From Magnetococcales bacterium (GTDB lineage Bacteria > Pseudomonadota > Magnetococcia > Magnetococcales > UBA8363): 64,000 nt of DNA. This document shows positions 1 to 10,278 of this stretch, one piece after another (positions within the stretch are counted from its first letter, which is position 1; every line of letters starts with the position of its first letter). The DNA is taken from positions 2,249 through 66,248 of the forward strand of contig JADGCQ010000008.1 in NCBI GenBank assembly GCA_015228925.1. The letters are read 5' to 3'. A program made the position numbers and the translations under genes. The notes below the pieces were generated by a model. The model was not told the DNA's origin and searched no databases. It saw only the letters and a program-made list of their open reading frames with translations.

Positions 1-30
1 AGTGGCCCAATAAAAGCTACGAATGTCCGT

Positions 31-58
31 GACAACAACGGCTCCTGCCGTTGTTGTC
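31..58 (-). terminator. 12-bp perfect hairpin downstream of the 82-aa gene (possible terminator or mRNA stability element)
   Basis: GACAACAACGGC-TCCT-GCCGTTGTTGTC; no clear U-tract; the loop reads AGGA on the minus strand. Confidence 0.4.
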
Positions 59-80
59 CACCCGGCGACAGGTACAACCA

Positions 81-329
81 CTAAACCATGATGCGGTCCA
101 CCGGCGCAAATCTTTCATATTCCACTTCCCGACGACTGGCGCGATTGGACGACTGCTGCGCCAAGTGCCGACGTTGGTGCCAAGCATGTTCCGACGCAAC
201 ATCCAAAACAACAACCCCCAGCATGGGATCCAGTTGATCTAGGCGCGTGAGCAGGTCATGCAGTTGGTGCTTTTCCACCAGAAGACCACGAATCACCCGG
301 CCATCGAACAATTCAACAACATATTTCAT
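81..329 (-). CDS. hypothetical protein (82 aa)
   Basis: ATG preceded by a GAGGAG RBS and a sigma54-like promoter; downstream hairpin; no recognised family. Confidence 0.65.
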   Translation of the reverse strand: MKYVVELFDGRVIRGLLVEKHQLHDLLTRLDQLDPMLGVVVLDVASEHAWHQRRHLAQQSSNRASRREVEYERFAPVDRIMV

Positions 330-397
330 TGCAAGCTCCTCTCATTTTTATTCTGGCTGACACCCTGATCGACTGTTTTTATCCCTGATAAGGATTA

Positions 398-413
398 TGC
401 AAATGCCAGGCCA
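398..413 (-). promoter_or_regulatory. sigma54 (-24/-12) promoter candidate
   Basis: Minus strand TGGCCTGGCATTTGCA = GG-N10-GC, about 70 bp upstream of the ATG at 329. Confidence 0.55.
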
Positions 414-717
414 TTAACGGAGGATTTTCTTGTACGTGATCCCTGTTGTTTCCGGTCGTTGCTTTTTTATATCGATGTGTTTGAAAATAATATCATTATT
501 GATGTTGGTGCAGGTGCCATCCAAACACGCGAAACCGCCATAGGGATGACCCATCCCGTGTTGGTTTTTCCACATGCCTGGGAACATTTTGACGATGCCC
601 GGCACCTTTGACGGTAAACTTGGAAAAAAGCCTGGGAGAACACCGATTCCGCGAGGGGGATTAGGAAAACAATGCCCGAAGATGTTATGATTACCAAACT
701 TGGGACGATCAACGCAT

Positions 718-2856
718 TTATTCGTAGAATAAATCGATGACTTGCGTTGGCATACCCACATCTTTTTTAACTTGTTCAGCCATGTGGATCGCCGTTTTAC
801 TATCACGATAATTGACACGAACGGAAAACCATTTTTTATTATCTTTAACAAGCAGGTGAACGTAGGGATCCAACCCTTTTTCGGCCAATACAGATGCCAA
901 TCGTTCGGCATTTTCCCGGTTGAGAAAAGATCCGGTTTGCACAACAAAGAGTTGTCCTGCGGCCCGGAGCGTCTGTTCACTCACCAGAGGTGTTTGGCTA
1001 TGACCAGCTCCCTCCACCACGTTGCCAGCAGGCTGCTTGTGGGAAATCGCGTCGTTACCGGCAGACTGTTTGTGGGAAGTCGCCTCACTTGGACCACCCA
1101 CCGGAAGAGGATTGGTCATTTCTGGGGAAGCTGCCACCTTGGGTGGTGGGATAGTGGACTTGGTTGGCCGTTGTACGGGGCTTGATAAAGGCGGAGAAGC
1201 CGGTGAAGCCTGAAAATTGACAGCGGTTTCCTCGATGATTGCGGCGACGCTCTGCCCGATGGGATCCGGGTTAGCGGGGGTCTTGGCCCGGGGGGAGGTT
1301 CTGTTCCAAGGTTTGGGAATGGGGATTGGCGGGACGGAAGTGATCAAAACCGGCGTGGGAACCGGGATTTTGGCCGTTTGGCCGGTTTGTTTGGCCACCT
1401 GCATGGCGTTGGACTCATGAACCTTCGGAGACGGCAAGGGTTCTTTTCTTTCCGCAGAGACATCCTTGTCTGCGGGTTCAACGGCAGATGTGCCGCGTGG
1501 TTCATCGCCCCCGGCAGATTGCTTCTTGGGTGGAGGCGGTTCGGGCTGAACAGCACCGCTAGGGGAAACATGGCTTGGAGGAACCAATTTTTCGACCGAC
1601 GCCGGAGAGGATCCGACCTGAGGTGCGGATTCAACCTGCGGGGGTTGGTATTCCGTCCGACTTTCGGCACTATTTTTTCGTTCCCTGGGAACCCACGGTT
1701 CCGCCTGTACGTGGGAATTGTTCTCTCCAGGGGGAGACACCGGACTGTAGATAACACGCGATGAAGATCCGGTAGTTTCCTGTTTTGAAGGGGTATCTTT
1801 GTTGGTTTCCGGGGTTACGGCGTCGTCTTTCTTCAGGGGAGCCGGGGCCGGAAGGAGATCATCCAGTTTGACGACTTCGGTAACCTGACGAACGGCATCA
1901 AGATTCTCGAAGGAGACGCCGCGAATAAAATGAAACACCAACCAACCCGTCAAAGTCAGCAAACACACCACGACAATCCAAGAGCGCACGGCACGCATCA
2001 AAAAACCTTGCGCCTCTGGTTCGCCATCAACGGCCCGGCATACAAGACCGCGACTGATGACCTTTTGCGGACGGACCTTGAGCAAAGCGGCAACTTGATT
2101 AAGAATCTCGTTGATATGTCCTGGATTCCCCTGACTTCTTGAAAAAATTTCCACCCAGGCAACCCAGGAAACCCGATAGTGATCTCCCCAATTTTTTTTC
2201 AGGTGAAAGTGAATATAATCCCACACTTCACTGCGAGTTAACGGCGTGACATCCCCTGTACCGATCAAGAGGCGTTCGAGTGGCAGGTAAGGTGGTGAAT
2301 TGAGCAGATCCAGAAGGTCGTAAGTTCCGCAAAGGAGGGTTTGGAGGGGACGAAACTCCTGGTAGATGAATCGGGTCGAGAGTTCCAGCAAAGAGGCGTT
2401 TTCCGAGGTCAGCAGATGGGCCTGATCGACCGCGATAAGAAGCTTTCTCCCGGTTTGGGCACGTTTTTCCAAAGCACCGATCAAATCTTCGCTGGTAGGC
2501 AAACCATCGGGGGAGAGGGATTCCCAATCGGGATCAATGGCTCGAATCAGGAGTTCTAGGAAGCGGACGGTGTTGTTATCGGGGGTATCGAACAGGATCA
2601 TGTCCCGATTTTCCGGGAGGATCCCCTGGAGACGATAAAGAAGAAGGCTTTTCCCAGAACCTTCGGCACCGACAACGCAAATAACCCCCTCACCCCGAAC
2701 GATGGAGGAACGTAAAACACGCCAAACAGGGGCATGACTTGCGACCGGAAAGTAAGGCTGGGAGCGTTTTTGCTGCGCGAAAGCCTGCCGCCTGCCCAAC
2801 TGATCCGGCTTGATTGCCACTTCCATGGTTAAATCCGTGAAATTGTCTAAACCCAT
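718..2856 (-). CDS. ExeA-like AAA ATPase with TM helix, Pro-rich linker and C-terminal SPOR domain
   Basis: Walker A GAEGSGKS; Walker B-like IAVDQAH; SQGNPGHIN motif; TM segment SWIVVVCLLTLTGWLVFHF; SPOR-like FVVQTGSFLNRENAERL. Confidence 0.8.
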   Translation of the reverse strand: MGLDNFTDLTMEVAIKPDQLGRRQAFAQQKRSQPYFPVASHAPVWRVLRSSIVRGEGVICVVGAEGSGKSLLLYRLQGILPENRDMILFDTPDNNTVRFLELLIRAIDPDWESLSPDGLPTSEDLIGALEKRAQTGRKLLIAVDQAHLLTSENASLLELSTRFIYQEFRPLQTLLCGTYDLLDLLNSPPYLPLERLLIGTGDVTPLTRSEVWDYIHFHLKKNWGDHYRVSWVAWVEIFSRSQGNPGHINEILNQVAALLKVRPQKVISRGLVCRAVDGEPEAQGFLMRAVRSWIVVVCLLTLTGWLVFHFIRGVSFENLDAVRQVTEVVKLDDLLPAPAPLKKDDAVTPETNKDTPSKQETTGSSSRVIYSPVSPPGENNSHVQAEPWVPRERKNSAESRTEYQPPQVESAPQVGSSPASVEKLVPPSHVSPSGAVQPEPPPPKKQSAGGDEPRGTSAVEPADKDVSAERKEPLPSPKVHESNAMQVAKQTGQTAKIPVPTPVLITSVPPIPIPKPWNRTSPRAKTPANPDPIGQSVAAIIEETAVNFQASPASPPLSSPVQRPTKSTIPPPKVAASPEMTNPLPVGGPSEATSHKQSAGNDAISHKQPAGNVVEGAGHSQTPLVSEQTLRAAGQLFVVQTGSFLNRENAERLASVLAEKGLDPYVHLLVKDNKKWFSVRVNYRDSKTAIHMAEQVKKDVGMPTQVIDLFYE

Positions 2857-2977
2857 CGTGGGATAGGCATTACCAGCTCATCAGCATGGTCCCCCCAGAT
2901 GGAACACACAATAACACGTATTTTCCCCCCTCAAAACAGTCGATCTTTGGTACTGACGATTTGTCAGGAATTTTTTC

Positions 2978-3352
2978 TCAGGCGGCCACCCTGGAATGGA
3001 GAGATTCGGAATGGTTTGCCATCAGCGTGACCAACCCCGTCAGCAGGGGAGACAGGGGAGGGACATTAAAGGCGGGTCGTTTGAGGACATCTTGGAAAAA
3101 GGATCGGGAAAAATCAATTTGCCGTGCGGTGGAGGATTGAAGAATGATTTCCCATTGACCAAGAAGGTTGAACCAACCATCCACGGTCAGGAAACCCGAT
3201 GGAGCCGATGGCACGTCATAACGCTGCAAGGTGGCGATCAGGGTATTTGTCAAAAGGGAGGCGCATTCCAGACGCTCCGCCTTGGCTTCTTGGGATAACC
3301 CTTCGAGGCGTTCAAATAATTCACGATCAGGATGGGTACGTTGCGCAAACAT
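2978..3352 (-). CDS. hypothetical protein (124 aa)
   Basis: AGGAG RBS upstream, helical protein-like composition, co-oriented with neighbours. Confidence 0.7.
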   Translation of the reverse strand: MFAQRTHPDRELFERLEGLSQEAKAERLECASLLTNTLIATLQRYDVPSAPSGFLTVDGWFNLLGQWEIILQSSTARQIDFSRSFFQDVLKRPAFNVPPLSPLLTGLVTLMANHSESLHSRVAA

Positions 3353-3415
3353 GATGCTAAACTCCTACCTTGTCCGGCCTATCTTGAGGGTTGGTAGACG
3401 GCTTTCCAGTCGGGA

Positions 3416-3859
3416 TCAATCTTTCCGGCTGGCCGCTTCCGAGTAGATACGATAACCTTTCAACGGCAACGCCGCCGTCTGCACCAAGTCTTCGTTGCGT
3501 TCCACATCTGTGGTGGAAGAGACCAACTGCCACGTCAGGGGCGAATGGCTGGGCGACAGACTCTCCATCCCCTGCATCGACGACGGATAACCACCCAGGG
3601 ATTCCTCAGGAAAGGGGACAGGTTCCTGATGCGCCATCGATGGCTCCATGGACAAAGCGTCCACGGAATCAATCCCCTTGTGGGCGGTTCGGGCTGTTTG
3701 TTGATCCGCAGATTCGGTTTTCATATCGGCCAGCGTGTTTTCAAAGCGGCCAGACTCGGAAACTTCCTGCCGGGATTGCGGTTGGATTCCATGGCCTGGC
3801 CTGAACAAATTTTTCAGGCTGTAGGTCAGCATGGGCGATACGGAATTGGCTTCGCTCAT
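3416..3859 (-). CDS. hypothetical protein (probable start MSEANS at 3859)
   Basis: AGGAG RBS before the ATG at 3859 and a sigma54-like promoter upstream; no family recognised. Confidence 0.65.
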   Translation of the reverse strand: MSEANSVSPMLTYSLKNLFRPGHGIQPQSRQEVSESGRFENTLADMKTESADQQTARTAHKGIDSVDALSMEPSMAHQEPVPFPEESLGGYPSSMQGMESLSPSHSPLTWQLVSSTTDVERNEDLVQTAALPLKGYRIYSEAASRKD

Positions 3860-3909
3860 AAACACACTCCTTGTTTCCCAGGTGTGGAGGGGAATCAAGG
3901 AAACGAATC

Positions 3910-3925
3910 TGCAAGACCGGTACCA
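3910..3925 (-). promoter_or_regulatory. sigma54 (-24/-12) promoter candidate
   Basis: Minus strand TGGTACCGGTCTTGCA, near consensus TGGCAC-N5-TTGCA, about 50 bp before the ATG at 3859. Confidence 0.65.
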
Positions 3926-4106
3926 AACCAATACATATGGTGTTGGGGGCACTTTGAGTGGTAAAACAGGGTTGGACTTGCTTCAACGGGTCATTTGAAG
4001 GCATCCTATGCGTCAAGAATCCAACAGTCCACCCCCTTGCCCCACGAATGGGAAGGGTTGATATTTTATTTCAGACAACATTCCTCATTGATCTAAGGAT
4101 GATACC

Positions 4107-5036
4107 GTGAGCAGCCTCATGCATGATAGAGATGGAAAAATCTGGATGGACGGTTCGTTGGTTGCGTGGCGGGAGGCCAAAGTGCATGTCCTGACCCACA
4201 CACTCCACTACGGTTGTGGTGTTTTTGAAGGGATCCGATGCTATGCGACCCAGCAGGGACCGGCTGTCTTTCGATTGCCGGAACACATCGCCCGTTTGTT
4301 CCAGTCGGCGCATATCATGCGGATGACGATCCCCTGGTCTCAGGAGGAGATTCAACAAGCCTGCCTCATGGTGTTGCGTGCCAACGGATTGGGATCGGGA
4401 TATTTGCGTCCCATTATTTTTTATGGTGCCGAGAGTATGGGATTGAATCCTGGAGCCTGTAAGGTTCATGCAAGCATTGCCGCCTGGGAATGGGGGGCCT
4501 ATCTGGGCGAGGAGGGGATGGACAAGGGGATCCGGGTCAAAACGTCGTCCTACACCCGACATCATCCCAACGTCACTATGACCCGCGCCAAAACGGTGGG
4601 TAATTATCCCAACTCGATCCTGGCCAAAACCGAGGCGTTATCCTGTGGTTTTGATGAAGCCTTGCTGTTGGATACCGAAGGCTATGTTTCCGAGGGGTCG
4701 GGGGAAAATATTTTTATCCTGAAAGACCGCACCCTGATTACCCCTCCCTTGGATTCCGCCCTTGCGGGCATCACCCGGGATACGGTATTCACCCTGGCGC
4801 AACAGATGGGTTATCAGATACACCAACAGCGATTCCCCAGGGATGAAGTCTATATTGCCGATGAGGCGTTTTTCACCGGGACCGCTGCCGAAATCACCCC
4901 GATTCGTGAGTTGGACGGGCGCAAGATCGGACTGGGGACGGCAGGTCCGGTTACCAAGGCCATTCAAAAACGTTTTTTTGATGTGGTTCAAGGTCGCGAT
5001 GACAATCACAGAAACTGGCTGACCTTTTTGGGATAA
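4107..5036 (+). CDS. ilvE: branched-chain amino acid aminotransferase
   Basis: HTLHYGCGVFEGIRCY, EGSGENIF, LAGITR, EAFFTGTAAEITP class IV PLP motifs. Confidence 0.96.
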   Translation: MSSLMHDRDGKIWMDGSLVAWREAKVHVLTHTLHYGCGVFEGIRCYATQQGPAVFRLPEHIARLFQSAHIMRMTIPWSQEEIQQACLMVLRANGLGSGYLRPIIFYGAESMGLNPGACKVHASIAAWEWGAYLGEEGMDKGIRVKTSSYTRHHPNVTMTRAKTVGNYPNSILAKTEALSCGFDEALLLDTEGYVSEGSGENIFILKDRTLITPPLDSALAGITRDTVFTLAQQMGYQIHQQRFPRDEVYIADEAFFTGTAAEITPIRELDGRKIGLGTAGPVTKAIQKRFFDVVQGRDDNHRNWLTFLG

Positions 5037-5040
5037 CACC

Positions 5041-6720
5041 ATGACCAAACATACCTACATCTTCACCATGAAAAATGTCACCAAGGTGGTGCCACCCAAA
5101 CGGCTCATCCTGGAAGATATTACGTTGGCTTTTTTACCAGGGGCCAAGATTGGCGTTCTGGGGTTGAACGGTTCGGGCAAATCGAGTCTACTCAAAATCA
5201 TGGCGGGACTGGATACCGAAATCAACGGTGAGGCCCGGCCTGCACCGGACATTCGGGTGGGATTTTTATCCCAGGAACCCGAATTGGATCCATCCAAAGA
5301 TGTCCGTGGCAATGTGGAGGAGGGGGTTGGCAAACTCAAGGCTTTGCTGGATCAGTTCAATGAAGTCAGTATGCGTTTTGGGGAAGTGACCGACGATCAG
5401 GAAATGACGGCACTCATTGAACAGCAGGCGGTGCTTCAGGATGAGATTGATCGCCTGGATGGGTGGGATTTGGACAGAAAGTTGGAAATTGCCGCCGATG
5501 CCTTGCGCCTCCCCCCCTGGGAAGCAAACATCAACGTGTTATCGGGTGGCGAAAAGCGTCGGGTCGCCTTGTGCCGCTTGTTGTTATCGGCACCGGACCT
5601 GTTGCTTTTGGACGAACCAACCAACCACCTGGATGCTGAGAGTGTCGCTTGGTTGGAGCGGTATCTTCAGGATTATCCGGGAACGGTGGTTGCGGTGACC
5701 CATGATCGGTATTTTCTCGACAACGTTGCCGGTTGGATTTTAGAACTGGATCGGGGACGGGGGATTCCTTGGAAGGGCAATTATTCATCCTGGCTGGAGC
5801 AAAAAGAGGCGCGGCTGGCGCAGGAAAAACGGGAAGATGAATCCCGGCAAAAGAAATTGCGTGCCGAATTGGAATGGATTCAATCTTCGGCCCGCGCCCG
5901 GCAAACCAAAAGCAAGGCCAGATACACCTCCTATGAGGCGATGTTGGCGCAATCCCGTGAAGTACGACGCGAGACCAGCACCCTTTATATTCCCCCTGGT
6001 CCACGTTTGGGGGATGTTGTCCTGGAGGCCAAGGATCTTTGCAAAGGGTTTGGCGATCATCTTCTGATCGAAAATCTTACCTTTCTTCTTCCACGGGGGG
6101 CTATTCTGGGGGTCATCGGCGGGAATGGATCGGGAAAAACGACTTTTCTAAAAATGTTGACCGGTGGGGAAGCCCCGGATTCCGGGACCATCCGTATCGG
6201 TGAGACGGTCAAATTGTCGCATGTGGATCAAAGCCGCACCAGTCTGGATGGTGAAAAATCGGTTTGGGAAGTGATTTCCGAGGGCAATGAGAACATTACG
6301 CTGGGTGGCAAAGATATATCGTCGCGTGCCTTTGTCTCCTGGTTTAACTTCAAGGGATCGGACCAGCAGAAAAAAGTTAAATTTCTCTCTGGCGGCGAAC
6401 GCAACCGGGTTCATTTGGCAGGGATTGTCAAGAGCAGCGGCAATGTATTGTTATTGGACGAACCGACCAACGACCTGGATGTGGAAACGTTGAGGGCCTT
6501 GGAAGATGCCATCAATGATTTTCCTGGGAGTGCGGTGGTTGTTTCCCATGATCGCTGGTTCTTGGATCGCATTGCAACCCATATTTTGGCATTTGAGGGT
6601 GATTCCAAGGTGGTGTTTTTTGAGGGCAACTACCAAGATTATGAGGCGTACAAACGCAAGACTTTGGGGGCGGAGGCGGTACAACCGCACCGGGTCCACT
6701 ATAAAAAACTCAGCCATTGA
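5041..6720 (+). CDS. ettA: energy-dependent translational throttle ABC-F protein
   Basis: Twin ABC domains; GAKIGVLGLNGSGKS; GIPWKGNYSSWLEQK; LSGGERNRVHLA. Confidence 0.95.
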   Translation: MTKHTYIFTMKNVTKVVPPKRLILEDITLAFLPGAKIGVLGLNGSGKSSLLKIMAGLDTEINGEARPAPDIRVGFLSQEPELDPSKDVRGNVEEGVGKLKALLDQFNEVSMRFGEVTDDQEMTALIEQQAVLQDEIDRLDGWDLDRKLEIAADALRLPPWEANINVLSGGEKRRVALCRLLLSAPDLLLLDEPTNHLDAESVAWLERYLQDYPGTVVAVTHDRYFLDNVAGWILELDRGRGIPWKGNYSSWLEQKEARLAQEKREDESRQKKLRAELEWIQSSARARQTKSKARYTSYEAMLAQSREVRRETSTLYIPPGPRLGDVVLEAKDLCKGFGDHLLIENLTFLLPRGAILGVIGGNGSGKTTFLKMLTGGEAPDSGTIRIGETVKLSHVDQSRTSLDGEKSVWEVISEGNENITLGGKDISSRAFVSWFNFKGSDQQKKVKFLSGGERNRVHLAGIVKSSGNVLLLDEPTNDLDVETLRALEDAINDFPGSAVVVSHDRWFLDRIATHILAFEGDSKVVFFEGNYQDYEAYKRKTLGAEAVQPHRVHYKKLSH

Positions 6721-6776
6721 ACGTGAGTCGGTCATGGATTGATCCGAATCGGTTCCTGGTGCAAAAAGGTCATACC

Positions 6777-7700
6777 ATGCCCAGCATTCGTGGACGTTTG
6801 GTCCGTTGGATTGTGCAAAAGGTGACAACCAAGGGGACCACCTACCAAAAGCCCATCTCCCAGCAGCGGCGGGAGATGGAAGAGCGGATGGGGCGGATCA
6901 AAGTTTCGCGGAAAGTTCGTATCCAGCGGGTGGATTGTTCTGGCGTTCCGGGGGAGTGGGTTATTCCCCGGAACCTTGTGGGCAACCGTGTGGTGTTATA
7001 CTGCCATGGTGGGGGGTACTATAACTGTTCTTTGGGGACTCATCGGGCGTTTGTGGCCCGTTTGGCACTGGCCCTTAAGGCCCGCGTGTTGCAGTTTGAC
7101 TATCGTTTGGCTCCAGAGCATCCCTTTCCGGCGGCGGTGGCGGATAGTTTGAAGGTCTATCGTTGGTTGCTTTCCCAGGCGGTAGATCCAACATCCATCA
7201 TGATTGCTGGAGAATCGGCGGGGGGCAATCTGGTGATGACGACTCTGTTGGGGGCAAAAAACGGAGGACTGGCGTTGCCGGCGTGTGCGGTTTGCCTGTC
7301 TCCCCATGTCGATTTTACTTTTTCAGGAAAATCCATTCGAGACAATGCCAAGAGCGAGTTGTTGTATACCCTCAAAGAACTGGAATGGACGCGAGAGATT
7401 TATCTGGGGGATCGGGCTTCCGATAACCAACTGTGGAAAGATGCGATGGTATCGCCGATGATGGCTGATCTTTCGGGGTTACCTCCGTTATTGATCCATG
7501 TGGATGATACGGAGATGCTACGGGATGATGGGGTGACTTTGGCGGAGAGGGCAAAGCTGGCGGGTGTGGTGACGGAATTAAGGGTTTGGGAGGGGTTGTT
7601 TCATGCGTTTGCGTTGGTTTCGATGATCCCAGAGGCGGGGAGGGTGTTGAAGGAGATTGCGGTATTTGGGGAAAAACATTGGGGAATGAAAATTTCCTAA
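6777..7700 (+). CDS. alpha/beta hydrolase, hormone-sensitive-lipase family esterase
   Basis: HGGGY oxyanion motif, YRLAPEHPFPA, GESAGG nucleophile elbow, GLFHAF; start placed at MPSIRG. Confidence 0.9.
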   Translation: MPSIRGRLVRWIVQKVTTKGTTYQKPISQQRREMEERMGRIKVSRKVRIQRVDCSGVPGEWVIPRNLVGNRVVLYCHGGGYYNCSLGTHRAFVARLALALKARVLQFDYRLAPEHPFPAAVADSLKVYRWLLSQAVDPTSIMIAGESAGGNLVMTTLLGAKNGGLALPACAVCLSPHVDFTFSGKSIRDNAKSELLYTLKELEWTREIYLGDRASDNQLWKDAMVSPMMADLSGLPPLLIHVDDTEMLRDDGVTLAERAKLAGVVTELRVWEGLFHAFALVSMIPEAGRVLKEIAVFGEKHWGMKIS

Positions 7701-7701
7701 A

Positions 7702-7908
7702 AAAAATTATTAAAAGAAAAAAGGGGTCTGGGGGATTGCCCCCAGGGTTTTGTCTTTGATTTTAAACAAAAAGGTTTCCATGCTCCGCTTTTGACCTTGT
7801 TTTTGACTTTATTTAGATTCAAAAGCAAATTCAAAATCGAAGAATGAAGCTTTTTATTTAAAGTCAAAACCCTGGGGAAAGAATTCCTAGAGACCCCTTC
7901 TTTTTTTT
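7702..7908. mobile_element. REPIN/MITE-like element, copy 1 (right arm degenerate)
   Basis: Left arm TATTAAAAGAAAAAAGGGGTCTGGGGGATTGCCCCCAGGGTTTTG is identical to copy 2; shares internal CGAAGAATGAAGCTTTTTATTTAAA; lies between convergent genes. Confidence 0.8.
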
Positions 7909-7937
7909 CAATCGTTTTTAAGGGGGAGGGGACCACA

Positions 7938-10178
7938 TCAGACCCGTTGCGATTTCGGCGGCTGACAAGAACCGTTCCAATGACTCGGTGGCGGATTCTG
8001 CCGAAATTCCGCAATTCTCGCCAAATAAATTTCATATAAACGGTCCTCAGGATCCTTCTGCAACAGATTTTTCAACCCCTGTTCCGCAAGATCCCATTCC
8101 CTTTTTCGGAACCAAGCAATCGCCTTGTGAAAAGACTCCAAACGAGAACGCATCTCAGGGGTGACCTGATTCCGAAACCCAACGGGGGCATAAATAGAAA
8201 AAACCTCATCGGAATCCTCCCAAACAACCCTGTCCAATTCACGAAAAACCATCTGTGGAACCAGTGCTTTTGTTTTTTCCCCCACCAAAACAGGTGCCGA
8301 ATAATAACCCGCCCAATCGATCAAATATCTCACCTGATGGCTTGGTTCCCCAAAAATCATCAGATCATTGCGAAATTCCGATTTGATAACGCCATACGTC
8401 ACCGTCCCCGACTGAATGGCAAAATCACACCGAACCAACGGCCAACCTCGCATCTGAAGTTCATCCTCAAGCGTTTCCAAACGGACCTTCATCGCCATAA
8501 GGGCCGACATGGCGTTGCTTCCATGCTTCGGATCCGCCACCGGTCCACCCCAATAAGCGATCAATAATTCGCCATCGCCATATTCAAAATTGCCAAGATA
8601 TTGATAAATAACTTCCGTTAACGGTTTAAGAAAACATTGTACCCACTGAACCAATTCCGTCGCATCCAATTCTTTCGATACCCTTGAAAAATCCCGGATC
8701 ATACACATCACGACGGTTACTTCCGTGAGTCCCCCGTGTGTCACCAAAGAAGCACCAGAACGGATGGTTTTATCGATCAGTTCGATGGGGGTCTTCGTGC
8801 CAAAAATGGCCACGATTTTGTTACGTTTGCGTGAAATGCCAAACACATCGATAACCCAGTCAGCCACAAATAACAGCCACAAAAGCGTCAAGGAAGGGGC
8901 TAATGGAATGTAAAGATCCCACTGTTTCCATAAATAAATCGTGGTCATCAGCATTACAAATGTAAACAGGCACGCGGCAAGCAACCGCCAGGGCCAAGCG
9001 ACCCAAGGAAAAACAAAGATCACCATCAACCCTATGGCTGCCAGCAAAAGCGACTCAGGCCATGGAGAGCTTTCTGGTAAATTCTTAAAAGTGCCATCCA
9101 ACATGCCGCTGATGATATTGGCGTGAAACTCAACACTTGGGAATCCCGATTGCACAGGAACCGTCAACAGCGGTCTCATTCCCGCGCCAACAGAGGAACC
9201 AATGAGGACAATCGCTGCATCCAAATCTTTTTTTTCGGGACCATGCTCAAGAATATCGATGACCGAATAATAGGGAAAACTCCCCTTTGCTCCCCTGTAG
9301 GGGACAAGAATGGATCCTTTGGCATCAACCCTGATTTTATGCGGCCCCAGTGAAATCCACTCCAGATCAGTCTCCTTGCCTTGGTTCTGTTCACGGGAAC
9401 GGACCCCCAGTGTTAAAGGAGGGTCTCCAAGGATGGCGCGGATGATCCCAAGAGAAAGGGATTGGTACAAAGAACCCGCATAGACCTGGAGGAGGGGGGT
9501 GTGACGGACGACACCATCGGGATCCATCGTCGGTGTGTCGAGAAAGCCGGCACCAGAGGTTGCATCTTGGATTTCGGCAATATTGGACACATAACCAAAT
9601 GCATTGACAGAATTAATTTCATTATATCCCAACTCGCTTAGAGTTATGACGGCCTGGGGCAATTTTCCCACATCGGTCGCACCAGACAATGCCGTCTGTC
9701 TGAAATTAAATCCCAAGACGACAGGACGATCACGCAGACTTTGGGAAAAAATTCGGTCCGTGTCCAAGGATGGGCGAAGTTTAAGAAATTGGGTCAAAAA
9801 CGCAGAATCCTGACTGAGTGGACCTTTGGCCAAGGATTCCAGCGAGGACAAACCCGATCCAGAATCGGTACCTGGAAAAACCAAGTCAAATCCCAATACC
9901 CCAATGCGATAATGGTCAAAAAGGGTATCCACCAGAGAAGCCAAGCGATCCCGCGACCATGGCCATGGTCCCAGTCGCGTCAAACTCTTTTCGTCGATAT
10001 CGACAATGATGATACGGGGATCCTTGGAACCGGAAGCGGTATGGAGAACCTTGAAATCGTAGGCAATCGACTCAAGCCGGTCCAACACAGGCAGGCGAAA
10101 AATTCCAAAACCCTGGATCAGGAAAAGGATCGTGATTCCGATCAATAAAAGATATCGGCCAACCTGCCAGTGGGTCAC
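7938..10178 (-). CDS. CHASE2 sensor with TM helices, degenerate class III adenylate/guanylate cyclase domain and C-terminal TPR-like tail
   Basis: IIIVDIDEKSL...GPWPWSRD, DPDGVVR and VEFHANII CHASE2 motifs; cyclase fold recognisable but catalytic residues substituted. Confidence 0.85.
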   Translation of the reverse strand: MTHWQVGRYLLLIGITILFLIQGFGIFRLPVLDRLESIAYDFKVLHTASGSKDPRIIIVDIDEKSLTRLGPWPWSRDRLASLVDTLFDHYRIGVLGFDLVFPGTDSGSGLSSLESLAKGPLSQDSAFLTQFLKLRPSLDTDRIFSQSLRDRPVVLGFNFRQTALSGATDVGKLPQAVITLSELGYNEINSVNAFGYVSNIAEIQDATSGAGFLDTPTMDPDGVVRHTPLLQVYAGSLYQSLSLGIIRAILGDPPLTLGVRSREQNQGKETDLEWISLGPHKIRVDAKGSILVPYRGAKGSFPYYSVIDILEHGPEKKDLDAAIVLIGSSVGAGMRPLLTVPVQSGFPSVEFHANIISGMLDGTFKNLPESSPWPESLLLAAIGLMVIFVFPWVAWPWRLLAACLFTFVMLMTTIYLWKQWDLYIPLAPSLTLLWLLFVADWVIDVFGISRKRNKIVAIFGTKTPIELIDKTIRSGASLVTHGGLTEVTVVMCMIRDFSRVSKELDATELVQWVQCFLKPLTEVIYQYLGNFEYGDGELLIAYWGGPVADPKHGSNAMSALMAMKVRLETLEDELQMRGWPLVRCDFAIQSGTVTYGVIKSEFRNDLMIFGEPSHQVRYLIDWAGYYSAPVLVGEKTKALVPQMVFRELDRVVWEDSDEVFSIYAPVGFRNQVTPEMRSRLESFHKAIAWFRKREWDLAEQGLKNLLQKDPEDRLYEIYLARIAEFRQNPPPSHWNGSCQPPKSQRV

Positions 10179-10278
10179 TCAATTCCCCCTTACCCTAAAT
10201 TCCCGCTGGTACTCATGAAGCGTGACACACATATTTTTGACTCGGGACTGCAATTTTAAAAGGACTATGGTGGGCGAT

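Noticed and set aside
1020-1081. 33-bp duplication (SHKQSAGNDAI / SHKQPAGNVV) in the SPOR protein linker
   Set aside because: Ordinary duplication in a disordered linker
7697-8035. Lys/Leu/Phe-rich ORFs at 7697-8035, 17023-17253 and 17076-17285
   Set aside because: Translations of the REPIN/MITE sequence, not genes
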